The notes under the pieces were generated by a model. It made no database searches. It was not told the origin of the DNA and saw only the letters and a list, made by a program, of their open reading frames with translations. DNA of 64,000 nt, from assembly GCA_012295275.1 (NCBI GenBank), contig CM022670.1:35774001-35838000 (forward strand), read 5' to 3'. This document shows positions 41,264-54,900 of the stretch, one piece after another. This DNA is from Chrysomallon squamiferum. Its lineage: Eukaryota; Animalia; Mollusca. Made by a program: the position numbers and the translations under genes. The first letter of the stretch is position 1; the number at the start of each line of letters is the position of its first letter.

Positions 41264-41665
41264 GGAACTGAGCCGGTTGAAAATATTGGGATTTTGCTGC
41301 TGCTGCTGCTGCTGCTGCTGTAGATGTTGGGTTTTCTGGTTTATTTTTTATTTTTGTTACTGATGGGTTGTCATGGTGGGGTTTTGATTTTGTTGTTGTT
41401 GTTTTGTGGGAGGGGTTGTTGTTTTTTAACAATATATTCTGTTATACAGTTACAATTATGCTTGTTCAGACCCGCTGTTCTGCCCTCTTCAACATTTATT
41501 TATTATTTATTGTTGTTGGTGTTGTTGTTGTTGTTGCTGCGGCTGCTGCCCCTTATTTTAACTTTTCTTAGTAATGATATCTTATGCGTAACTGTCATTT
41601 GATATAAATAGTATGTTTCATTACAGTAGTTACTCAGAAAAAACTGAACTAGAAACAGAAACTAG
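40520..41665. promoter_or_regulatory. Copy 2 upstream region with IRF-E/ISRE-like motifs and a palindrome
   Basis: AATCGAAACT (40525-40534) overlaps AACTAGGT-AAA-ACCTAGTT (40531-40549); GAAACAGAAACT (41652-41663) matches the ISRE consensus GAAANNGAAACT. Confidence 0.45.
40840..41560. repeat. Cluster of simple repeats (GTT)n, (ATT)n, (AAT)n, (GCT)n in a segment specific to the copy 2 upstream region
   Basis: Visible triplet runs. The segment ~40680-41600 has almost no counterpart upstream of copy 1. Confidence 0.8.
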
Positions 41666-41969
41666 AATTACCAGAACTGATAGATGTCTATTCGGAGAAC
41701 TGATAAATTAATGTTACAGGTATTACCAATCGACGAATATATTTTTCTTCACCTGAGAATACCCGTAACAAATCTGGTATTGCTTCTAATAATTAATATA
41801 CGCCTCTCACTCAAGAAGCTGTTACATATTATTTTCGAAATGACAAAGCAGATAAATAAATAAAATGCAAATATAATATTTAAAAAAATAAATTAATATT
41901 AATTATTAATAAAGGCGGTTAAAGTTTCACAAAATAAAATTTCAGTATATTCAGATGTATCTTTTAACA

Positions 41970-42013
<44 letters not shown>

Positions 42014-42015
42014 TG

Positions 42016-42049
<34 letters not shown>
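41970..42049. repeat. (TAT)n + (CA)n compound microsatellite
   Basis: Directly visible; positional counterpart of 17890-17971. Confidence 0.9.
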
Positions 42050-42050
<1 letters not shown>

Positions 42051-43012
42051 TTATGTCGTAACTACGAGATAATTGTATTGTTATCCAAGGAAGTATTTCG
42101 CAATTTCGAAACACAAATGGCAATGATATAGCTGAAGTAGATTGTTCTTACTTCATTTTATTTTATTTTAGGATCAACAGAGGCAAGGAAAACACCTTAA
42201 GGGGAAATCTAAAGAAATTAAATTGTATACTCAGGTATATCATCAATGTTAAAACAGAGACAATGACGTATGTACTTGTGCAAGATCGTTGTGGAATGTG
42301 GGGCAAAAAGCTGTATTTAGTCATTTAACAACTAAATGTATAGCACAAGACAATTCACACGTCTCAGAAAGCTATCCCAAATTTGTTTATATATATATAT
42401 ATATATATATATGAAGAAGCCAGATAGTGTGAACGTTCTTAGACAGGCGGATATCACCTCCTAGACAAATACTGGGAAAGCGTAAAGGAGCTTTATTCCA
42501 CTTTGAATTTCGTTTCAAAGAATCTAAAATACTGCGTAGAATCCAGTTATTACTGCAGGTCAAATTTTTAGTGATTGCGTTTTTATAGTAAAGTATAATA
42601 ATTTGGTGGTTACATGTAAGATAAATAAATAAGTAAAATCAATAAATAAATAAAATAAAAGTTTTGTGTAAGGAAGAGAACAAAAAGACACCGAAATAAA
42701 TACATATATGTAAAATTTCTGTATAAAATAAATTTTTGAAATAAATAAAATAAAACTTTTCGTTCAATTCTTAAAGAAAACAAATAAACTAAAATATTAG
42801 AATGAGAAACAAAAATAATGAAATTTCATTGGTTAAAAAAAGAAAAGAAAAGAAAAAAGAAGAAAAAAACCATGAATAAACAGTTATGTCGATTATATTG
42901 TAATTTCTGGAAACACACACATGTAAATAAAGCATGCATAAAACCCTTCATCTTTTGAGAGACCCTGAAATGGAAAGAAATTAAACAAAACGAATACTGA
43001 GATGAACAAACA

Positions 43013-43120
43013 TGATTGGTTCCTGACAGCTATTTAAATATCGACTCCACAGTCTAGCACGAAAGCAGACGGTAAATGAAAGTGTTTGATGATGTAAGCG
43101 GTCCATTTTCACATTTTCCT
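43013..43120 (+). promoter_or_regulatory. Conserved divergent CCAAT/TATA-like cassette with ATG and splice donor (upstream of copy 2)
   Basis: ATTGG 43015, TATTTAAA 43031, ATG AAA GTG TTT GAT GAT|GTAAGC from 43076 with GT at 43094. Confidence 0.35.
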
Positions 43121-44049
43121 CTTTTTTATTAATATCTACCCCTTGTTTATTTATTGCCGAAATTTTTTTACGGGTTATTAGTGATTATTTAATTGCAAAA
43201 CACAAAGTTAAACTGATGAATAATTGTAAATAATATATTTCATAAAATTATTAATATATGTGATTATATTTTAAATTAATGCTGCTAAACTGTTCAGAAA
43301 AGATTCGTCCTAATTCAGGAAAGAAGTTCGGAACCAAAAATATTTAATATGACAACCTTTTTTGTTGCTCTTCTTCTCGTTAATCAAAATATAAACAACA
43401 GTTAATGATTATAGATGATGTCAATTTTTTGACGGGGTTGATTTTATTAACGTCTTTTAATTTCTTCTTCTTCTTCTTTTTTTTCTTCTTATTATTATTT
43501 TGAACGTATTTAATTTTATTGCTATTTATTTGAAGAATTATTTTTAATACACACACACAGAAAGAGAGAGAACAAGAGATAGAGACCTAGATAATGAAAT
43601 ACAATCAATTTAAAAAATATTTTAAATTTGTTACAATTTTATTATTATATACAAAACATTTTATTATTATTATTATTATTATTAGCAAAATAATTAATTT
43701 ATATCACAATGGAAACTGTAGTATAATAGTTTTAAATAGTTTCATCACATATATGTCAATCCGTAGAACATAAAAATATTTTTTTATAAAATTTGTATTG
43801 CAGATTTGCTGAATTTGCAGTAGGGTACAAAGTCAAAAACAGAACCTCCAGTATAGAAATGTATATTAAGTATCCTTATTAATTATTATAATTTTTATTT
43901 TCTTATCATTATTATTTATTAATTTTTTTGTTAGTTATTTATTTAGTTAGTTATTAGTACTAATTGTCTTTATATTTGCTTTTCACCCTAAAATGTAAAA
44001 ATGTATAATCAAAAATAAAAAGCTTGGAAATCAAAAACATACTTCATAT

Positions 44050-45870
44050 ATTCATTAACAATATTGTTTAAATCCTTTTCAAAGTATACATTTTTGCTGA
44101 TAAACCAATTCAGAGGAATTTCATTGAGCTTAATACCGATATTAAATTTTTAAAATATTTTGGTTATTCATAGCCAAATGTCAGAATAGATGAATAAAAA
44201 AAGTATTTTAAAACTGATGGAAATAAGAATACAGCTGCCATTTGACCAAAAACTAACTTTCTCTATAAAAAAAAAATTAATAATAATAACAATAACAATA
44301 ACATTAATAAAGGAAATGAAATAAGAAATTTAGCTTTTTATCAAAGAACCTATTTTATCATAACACAAAATCTTCACGAGAAACTAAAATATGGATACAG
44401 TATGGTTATGTTATAACTGCTTGAAGTTCAGTAATATTTATTTTCATAACAACTATTTTCATTTATCTTATGGCAATATTCCTGAAAAATTATTTTAAAA
44501 TGCATCTAATACATGGTAAACTATATACAAATATTTTTTACTGTTGTTTTTTAAATATAAATGAAAAAAAATGCTTTAAAATCTCAGTAGCAAAATCACA
44601 CACCACCTTCTACATTTTCATTATTAGTAAACACAACATTTATAACTGATTGCAAATTAACAGAAGTATTATCATGTAAAAACAAACTGGTTACTTTTTC
44701 AGTATACAGAAAGACATGATAGATATTTATATTTTTAAAATACATATAATAATTCATATATTAAAGAGTAAAACAAATTATTGTGCTTTACTCTAAACTA
44801 AGAAAAATATATTTTTCAACTGTAATATCAAAAAAATCTACAACAAAAACCAAATATCTACTATAAAAATTGCATGTAAAACATATTGCAGTATAAACAA
44901 TGCAGTCTATCCACAAAGTTAAAATTTTCTTAAAATTGTAAAATTGTAAATCTACTAAATAGTATTTACATATATTTAACTATAAAAAAATAAATAAATA
45001 AATGAAAAATATGTCCCAGTAAGTTAACAATTTGGTAAATATGCTTAGATATACAAAAACTTTCAAAGTATAATCAAAACTTTAACTTAACTGCCATATT
45101 ATTTTCAAGTGTAAGAAATATGAAATTATCGATATGAAATATGTATTCACCAAGTTGAACAGCAATATATACCAACATATGTCAATTACAATAAAAATCA
45201 TAAAATATGTGAAATAATACTTTAAATATGTACAAATTCGTAATAATAGAAGAAGTTGATAACAGATGTAGAAAGCTAACGGAATATACAGAAGCAAATA
45301 CTTAAACTACATCATACTTCATTAAAATAAAAATATATCATATATTAATGTTGCTAAATACGTTCTAATAATTATACATAAAACGATTTAAAACAGACCT
45401 AAATATTTTTTAAATAGTTTGCTAAATATGATACTAAACTACTTATTTTTAAAACAACAAAAATTGTGGTGTGGGATCTGAATTTATTTACAATATAAAA
45501 CAACTCATATGAAGGGTTTATAGCAATCGAATGCAACTACATAACAATTCAAATTAATAATGTAAGTGGTACTGTTGTATATGGCCTTTCTGTCTCAAGA
45601 TATTTTTTATTCATTCATATATGGTATATATAATTGTACCATATCCATTATATTTATTTGCATCATATGGTAATAAGAACAGGACTAAAGTCATTAACAT
45701 TCACAGAGACCAATACATGTATATTTATCAGGTGAACTATTAAGGCCATTTAAAATATATTTGTTTTTCTAATACAAGAAGCTGCTAAAAAGGTAACAAT
45801 ACACTCAGGCAAATTCTGAGTTTTTACTTAAATTACACCTTTATACTACATTAAAATAAAAATACTATTT
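44050..45870. repeat. Same spacer repeat unit (about one copy) between copies 2 and 3
   Basis: Marker motifs at 44593 and ~45809. Confidence 0.7.
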
Positions 45871-46105
45871 AAACTACATTTGTTTTTCTACATCACATCT
45901 TTGTTTCAAACAACTGTGAAGAAAAGTAAAATTTAACTGCACACTATGCAGATATTTAAAAATAATAATAGAACATTCCTCTGAAACAATATTTTGTCAG
46001 CTGAAGAAAGTGAATATATTACAATGCTGATATAACAGATTGATTTCTACTAACTTAAAAATTCTTGAACTTCATACAAAACAGCTGTCCACATACACAC
46101 GCACT

Positions 46106-46136
<31 letters not shown>

Positions 46137-46351
46137 GTTTTTATCAAAGATGCTTTAATTCTGTAATGAAGATTAATGTGAAAGATATCTTATAGCAGGA
46201 AGTTTCCTTTCATGTTATCACAATTTCAGATAAAACACAAAAAAGATCCAACAGTTAATTAATATTAAGTATTCACTCATTCTTGAATAATCGGCTGAAA
46301 GATGGCATTAATAAGAGTTCCTTATCTTGTCTTTGTTACAAACTGAATCTT

Positions 46352-49300
46352 TTAATACTTCTGCCAGTCTGATGAAGGAAAATGCTGATGTTTCTGTCTA
46401 TCTCTTTTTTGAAATTTTGGGAATTGATCTGGATCTGTGATGAGACAGCCTTTTCTTTCATATGACATCAACAAATTTTTCCAAACTGGATCTACCTCGA
46501 GTAGATTCTTGTTGCCTGAAGATTTAATGAACAGTTTTAATCAGAAAACATACTGGAATAAACCACGTAAGTGCAACTTATTTGCATTAATTAATTATTG
46601 GTGTTTTCTTCTTTTCTGTTTTTCCCAATTCTTTTTTTTTTTTTCAATATTTAAAAGAAACAATATAACATTTTGCTTCTTAATATTTATACAACTTAAG
46701 TGTTCCTTTTTCAGTTAAAGATTTAAACTACAAGTTATTTAAAATTTACTTACAGCAGCTGTTCAAGTTTGCACCATTGTATTTTTCTCTTATCTACCTT
46801 AGTAAAATCTTTTATAATTGCCTTTGTCTGCTAAGTTTGACTTTACTTTTATCTACACAGAAGAAAACTGAAAAGAAAGGTCATAAATTTTCTTCTATTT
46901 CTTCTTAGCACTGACTCTGTTTTGTCAAATAAATAATTTTATTTCTTTCAAGGAAACCATATACAATAAAGTCATTTCACAACATTTATAAATGAAATCT
47001 TACCAACAATAATCAGTCCATTCCTAGCTCTTGTCAGAGCAACATTTATCTGGTTTGCATCTGTAATGAATCCCAGATTGCTTTTGCACCATCCAAGTGT
47101 TGGAGCAGGTTCTATTTTGTAGGTTGGAAGAGACCGCACTGTACTGAATATAACATATTCCCATTCACCTCCTATTAGTGAAGATAAAAAATAAAAGAGA
47201 ATTTAATTTCATTTTATTTTTTTATATTTAAAAATTTCTTCATCCTATTAAAACAACAAAAAATATGGGTTATCAAGGAAGAAAATCAGATTATGGCAAC
47301 TGAATGAAATATAATTGTATTTCACAAAAGCCTGAATTACATGTTATCAAAAACCAAAGTGTAGTTCATTTTCAAACCTATTTACTGCCATTATAATCAT
47401 CCTTACACAATGCATGTTTCTATAATGATACTTTTATAAAGTCTACTTTTATATTAATTAGCTTTTTGTTGTATGGTTTTTGCTACATTAGTGTCAAAAG
47501 AAAGGAAATTTGTTATCACCACCACAGGAGCTAGTCTTTAACCAGCATCAAGGAATATTTTTATATGCAGCTATCCACTGACAGGAAGGCACAAATTAGG
47601 ACTTTTTTATAAACCAGTTATCAGATGTCTGTTTGGAATTGGAAATTACCATAAGGAGGACTGATCAATTGTTCCTCAGATGACCAGTCTACTGTCTGAA
47701 GTAAAGTCCTTTATTTTTATACAATATGACAATACCACTAAAATCATAAAAGTATTACCTTGACTTGATACTACAGTGCTGACATTCAGATTCCTGTAGC
47801 GTGGACCTTCTGGGTTGTTTATTGAATTTTTGTATTCAGTTAGTTTTTGTTTCAAAATAGAAACCTGAGCATTATACTGAGATAAAACAACAATATTTCT
47901 TGAACCCACATCAAACTCCTTCTCAATAAGCCATCTGTAGATCTGCACCTGTTATAAATAAATGCAAAAAAATACAAATAGTTTGAAATTTACTTTAATA
48001 CTAATTATAAATTTGAGCCAAGTCATGTTTTGTATCTGAACAAAACTTCAATTAGCATGAATTTTCCAAAACCATTTACTAGCCACCCTTTGCAATTGAT
48101 TTAAACAATTTATATATAAAAAGATAAGTAATATCATGTATTTTTTTAATTGCCAAACATGAAGTAACATGTTAAGTTGCTTTTGTTTCAATAACCAAGA
48201 GATATAAAATGTCATTCTTGGAAGAAATAATTAATGATGATTTTCTTAGCATATATCCACAATAGGTGTATGCAGAAAATGGGGAAAATGCTGATGTGCA
48301 AGACTAAATTCACCATGAAAGAATTTGAAGAAACATTTCAAAGCACAGAAACTGAAATGTGGATGCAAAGTTTAAATAGAAAACTGTCAAAACTTACTTT
48401 CATTTTCTTTTTTTTTCTTTTATTAAATCACAGACTAAATCATACTAACCTTAAGTGCCTAAATTTTTAGTATAAACACAAGTTCATTGCTTGTATTATT
48501 CAAATAACAGATTTTATGGTTAATGTCAAAAAATGGATTATTAAGAGAAGTCACTGAATATAAAGATCTTGAAAAATTAGCACTTAGAAAAGGAACAGTC
48601 AAAACACACCACTTTATCAACTTCAGCCATGTTGGATTTGGATTGTTCATTTCCTTCCTCCGTGCTGACTGTTAGAGTTTCCTCTACTCCTTCAACATGG
48701 CAGAAAACAAGAGGAATGTTTGGATTTGGCCACAATTTCAGTGGAAAATCTTCATCTTTTTCAATGCGTCCAGTTTTAGTTTGTTTTCATAGAACTCCTG
48801 TGAAGGAAATTCACATATTTCTGGATGCTGAAATACAAAAGTCTAAGATGTTAAAATGCATCAAAACAAAGTGAGCTTCTGACATATATTCAGATATTAC
48901 AAAGGATACAAACATCCAAGATAGTGATAACAATTTAATACCAAGTTTTATATGAAAATAGAAACATTAAAAATGCAAAGTTTATTGCAGAATAGATACA
49001 TATGGACATTAGTTAGTTTTCAAATTTAAAGTTTTCATTTACAAAATGTGCACCAGCATTTTAAACATTCCAAAAGTAACATATTGAAATTACATAGGTC
49101 TGCATTTGTTTCTTGTATTTTTTAATGGCAATACACTGTTCACAGGAATCTTACCATTCTGTACTGAATGTTAAGGAAAGTCAAAATTGATGTCTTTAAA
49201 GAATATCTTTCAAACAGTGACTGATCCATTCCTAATTCTGCAGCTTCAGAACACTGAATGATGGGTCGGAGTTGTTTGTGATCTCCAATCAGTACAACCT

Positions 49301-51885
49301 GTTTTGCATCAGTCGCTATTATTGGAACCAGCCAAATGGTTCTGGACACATTGCTGCTTCATCAATGATGCACTGAAAGATCTTCGTATTTTTCACAACC
49401 TTTGGATTTCCTCCTACAGAACATGTACACAAAACTACTTCACATGACTGTAACTCTTCAGCATAAGCCTTTCCCACTAATTTTGAATACAGTCTGAGTA
49501 TTGTCAGGTTCACACTGTGAGGATCTCTAATTACTCTTCTTGATTTATTAAGCTTTATCTGTAGAGCTTGAACAAACCTATTAATTTTGACTTGGTCTTG
49601 ACTTGTTTTGTTAGGTTTCAACATCAGTGCAAACAGATCATCAAACATTCTGATATCCTTGGCATAACTTCCTCTGTCACGAATGACATGATGAAGTGTG
49701 ATGCTTTGAATTGCAGGATCAGATTTAAGATCATGCATTAATCGCCTTGAGGTTACATTTCGGTTAGGAATGGGATAATCTTGTTCCACTATATTGCTTC
49801 CATACATTCGTATCAACTTAGGGCATTCATTTCCAAGACGTTCTTTCAAATATCCTACAAAAAATAAATAAATAGTAATAATAAATAAATAATATATATA
49901 TATATATATATAGACACATACAGTTTCTGGAAATGGACCTTCTGGGCAAAAAATGTCTAATGTTTTCAATCAGATGTATTTAATGCAGGATATTATTGGT
50001 AGGGGCCAAAAAACAGAAGTTAAAATCAATTTCCTACATTTCCAACAATGACTTTTTGTTGTTTTTAGTTCTATTACTATATTTGAAAATTAAAAATGAT
50101 TTGATTTTTTTATTAACCTTAATGAAAATTTCCAATGTTTTGAGAAGAAATTCTTTCTTTCATAATATCATCAAGAGGTGGTATAAAACTTTGTAGGTTT
50201 TTTGCATTGGGATTTGATTACTTTATTACAGTTTTTCTGAGAAATACGTTAATCCTTGCTTACGTGCAACCATGTCAACAGATTTGTTTGAAGGTCCACA
50301 GAAAAGCACTTGAGTCTTCTCTCCACCTTCAGCTCGGATTTTTCCATTGATTTCATTGAACAGATAAATCAGTTTAATCCCTGTGTAAGTTTTTCCTGTT
50401 CCTAAAATATGTACAGTTAGAAATAGTTTTAAAATAATAACAATTTAGTAATATTAATAATCATGTTTTTATATATGTATTTGTGAAACATGTTTTTAGT
50501 AGTTTCTAAATACTTGATCATACAAATATCTAACAGCAATAATTTATTTTGATAAAGGTTAGGAAATAAATTTTTAATTTTTGTGGATTTAGCATCTCAA
50601 TCTTATTTATAATAAATAGCATTCATTAGCATCTAACAAAATTTAAAAACAATAATAATAATTGAAAAGACACAAATTAATGGCAGTATCTTTTTTCAGC
50701 GCTAGGTATATTGGTATCAAACAACTCTTATCTCACTTTATAAAAAGTAAATACGATCCATATAAAAATAAACCAGCTAATTAAATCAGAACTGTTTATT
50801 GTATCAGCTCTCAGAGACAGAAGAATAAATCTTAATAGGATTTTAAACTAAAACACAAAACAGAAATAAAACCAAAATGACAATAAAAGAATTTACCTGG
50901 AGGACCCTGTATGAGAGAAAAGCTCTTTTTCAAAGCATTTTCTATAGCTTCATGTTGTTTTGAATTATTTTTAGGAAGTGAAATATCATCACCACCCTTA
51001 ACTTCCTTATCCATTTGTCGTGCTATCTTCAGACGAGTTTTAGCTACAAACAAAAAATTAAAATAAAATAAAATAATATTAATTTAAAATTTCATAATTT
51101 AAAATATATGGTAGTAGCTTTTGTTTGATATTAATTCTTAAAAATATATATAGCCTGTTTGTTAATATTTATTGTTTTTTCTTTCTCTTTTCTTTTACAT
51201 CTATTTTTAAATATATCTGAAGATTTCTTAGTCAATTTAAGCCTTCCCAAACAACTTAAATTATTTTTGTTGTTGTTGAGAAAGCCACTGACTGAATTGT
51301 ATGACAAAAACAAAACCAGAAGATATCGATCATTATAATAAAAACATATTTGAGACCTGATTTTATACCATTAATTTAAATTTACACATTTAAAATGAAG
51401 TAGCTTTATAATGTTACGTTTTAATATTAAAAGACAAAATATTCTAATATTTTATGACTGAATTAATAGGCTTTACTTATCCAATCAAAAACAGTCTCTC
51501 AGAAATAGAAAAAAATATATTTGAAGGTAAAGCTTTTTTTCCTTATGATATGCAACATATTCAGATGTTGACCCATCAAAAGAAATCTCTGGAATGCTTT
51601 ATTCTTAGACAGGTATACTTACCTCATGTTTTCAGTCAAAAGAATCTACTAACTGATGTCAAAAATAAATTATTTAATGTGTACAAATATGGTACAGGAG
51701 GAAAATTTCATTTTAAACAACCATCCTTGTTAATGATGCCAAAAAGTAAATCAAGAGTTTAATAAGAAAAACTCACGTAGAGGAGGTGTATTTCTATTCA
51801 ATACTATAGCTCTGACCAACTTCCCCTTTTCTTCTGAATCATCAGCTTTTTTAAGACTAGCAAGAGCACATTGTGTTCGTCTGTA

Positions 51886-51925
<40 letters not shown>

Positions 51926-54900
51926 CAGAAGAAGAAGAAGAAGATGATTTCTTTATTTTAATCAGATATTTGATGTTTTAAAAATCAAATTAATCCATTT
52001 TCTTTCATTAATTCAGAAGACAACTAATGCAGTTAAAACTGTTCATCTTTTCAGAAAGAGGTGCATTTAAATTTATTATTCTTAAATTGATGGTGCTATT
52101 AGAAAAAAAAAAACATGCTTTAAAAATTTATTTTACAATTTAATCAAAATAATGTTATTACCATGAATTATATTTGTTTTATAAAATATATTTTGTACAT
52201 TGGCCTAAATATTGTGGAAAATTCCTAGAAATAGAACATCTTACAAATATATTAGTCTTTTATTTATATGTTAATTTATAGTTATGGATTATGCTGTCAT
52301 AAACTGTAAAAGTGCCATGTGTGCTGGCATGAATGACGAGGATTAAGTTACTAAACTATAGGTAATCTTTCACCTGTCTACTTCTATTTTGCAGATTATC
52401 TCCACTGTTCCTGTAATTCGACTCATCAGCATGAGATCAGCAGGTGGTGGAAGACTCTTGTTATTCAATGCAAAAAATACAGTCACTTCGTCATTATCAA
52501 TATCAATTGGTATTTTCTTTTTTATGTCCTCTGCTCTTCTTTTAATCACTGCCTTGACAATCTGACCATGACCAATCCAAGTCCTACCATTTTCCATACT
52601 CCTTCCTACTCTGTCAGATGATCCAGGCAGAAAACATTGAATGCACAGATAGTCATTAGATGCTTGTGGTATCTGAAAGTCATTACCAAGTTTCTTAATA
52701 GTTTCCACTTGTGGAAGACGTTCCATGGGTAAACCTCGAAACTCAATGTTTCTTTCATAACAAAATGACACACGAAACTGAAATGATCCTGTGTAAATAG
52801 TTTTTCCTGAAACCTCTGTTTTCGTAAGTATCAGATCAATTTTGTTAATAATAGGTGTTAGTTCACTAGAAACTGCTGATGAAGCTGCCTCCATTTCAAT
52901 AATAGGTATCCATGCTTTTTTGTACTCCTCAATGGAGTAAAAAGGTTTTTTTACAGAGCTGGTGGCATATTTGCTCAAAATACCTACAGGATCATTCATG
53001 TGTCTATGACAAAGACTCAAATTTTTGGTGATATGGACCAGTTCGACCTGGGGTAACAAAAGGCCATTGTTAGGTGATGCTCCCACCTGGACTTTGATAA
53101 CTTGACCTGATTTAATGCTCAAGCTAAACTTACACTGATGGTTCTTGATGTAGCCTTGACCAGTTTCTGATGTCACTGATGTAACCACCGGATGATTGGA
53201 AAGAGGATCGGTTTCTCCTGTTGGCTCAAGTGGACTTGTCATTCTCTGTACAGCAGTTTCATTTCCAGCAAAGATTTCCTTCAAGATATTTGCCCATGTG
53301 TGAAAACGAACAAGGACTGTGTGCTGATTTGGATCCACTATCTTAAGTTCTGATTGCTGGCTATAGCTTCGGTTATATTTAGCCTGATCGGGACAACCAG
53401 TGACATCATACAAACGTTTTTTCCACTGACATATTACAATGTCTTTGTCAGTTCTTGTGTCCTTTTTCATTTCGGGCATCTTGCTTAAATCAAGCAGAGA
53501 AAATCTAACCTCCCTGCATTTTGATGGTACATAACTCAGTCCTGGCAAAGACAATTCCACACCATTCTCTGAAACTTCATCCACGATACCCAGAAAAACC
53601 ATTTGAGAGTTACCCATTCTCTCGGTTTTTGCCAGTACTTTACAACTGTGATCAAACTGTTTCTGCCGTGATGATGCTTCAGTGACATGAATACAAATTT
53701 CATTTATGTCTTCAACAGTATATGGACAATCATCACCAGATAATAGTGCATGGACCATCCGATGAGATATGAGATCTACATATCTTCGGATAGGAGAGGT
53801 GAAGTGAATGTATGGCTGAATTTCAAGAGAAAAATGTCCTGCCTCTTCTTTGTTTTTTGTTACACCAGAACACCTATATTCAGCCTTGTCAAGAAGTCTT
53901 ATCCAGTGCCTCCATGCTAGATTCTGCAGAGGATGGAGTTCATCTGTACAAATCACCTTTTGTGCCAACTTAAAACTGTTGTTTTGTAAGCAGTCCAGAA
54001 TTAATTCCCAAATATCACTCTGAACAGGTATGAAATCTCTTCTTTCCTTAGCATATTTTTTTATGCTATCTGGTGCTGAAATTGTGTTGTATCCAAGCTT
54101 CTTACCTTGGAGATGAACCAAAAGATCAACAATTTTATTTTCATGTTTCATCCAGTTTTGTACCTCTTCTGTTGCTGGGGGTGTCTGACATCGCAATGGC
54201 AAACACTTAGGAAATCTTTTTGTCAAAAGTTTTGCAACAGACGTGTTTGTATAAATCATAAACTCTTCAACCAGTGCATGAGCTTCAGGACAATCACTTT
54301 CCTCTACATCAAGAAAACGAGGGTCAGAAAATGGCACAGTAAACCTTGCATCTTTCAGTCTTTGTTTTCGAATATTTTGTGCAAGATCATGTAGAATCAA
54401 TATGGCTTGTCTTAGTTGTTGATGTTCAGGACTGCTCACTCCATTTTCAATTATTTCTTGAACTTCTTCATAAGAAAACTTCCTGCAGGATTTAATTATA
54501 GTTTTTTTCACAATAGGTTCTTTTACAATTTTGCCCTGTTGATCCAACAAAAAGAAAGTTGACACAGCAGGACGTATTTCTCCTGGCACAAGACTGCATA
54601 TATCTTGACTGAGAGGTTCTGGCAGCATGTTTCGAGTGCGTCTGTTCTGAATGTAGAAACTTACAGCTCTTCTTCTTGCTTCTTTATCAATAGCATCATC
54701 TTTTTTGACAACTGAGGCAACGTCAGCTATGTGAACACCCACAATGTAATTATTTCCATTTCTGACAACACTAAGAGCATCGTCAAGATCCTTGGAATGT
54801 GGAGGATCAATGGTGAACACAAGATCTTTTGTTCTGTCTTCTCTTCCATTAACATCAGCAGTGTTCTCTGTTGTCTGCATTTGTGCAATAACATCTTCTG

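Noticed and set aside
41148-41602. ORFs with poly-L/A/V tracts (also 17796-18068, 41899-42123, 20185-20654)
   Set aside because: These are translations of microsatellites and A/T runs and are not conserved between the duplicated units.
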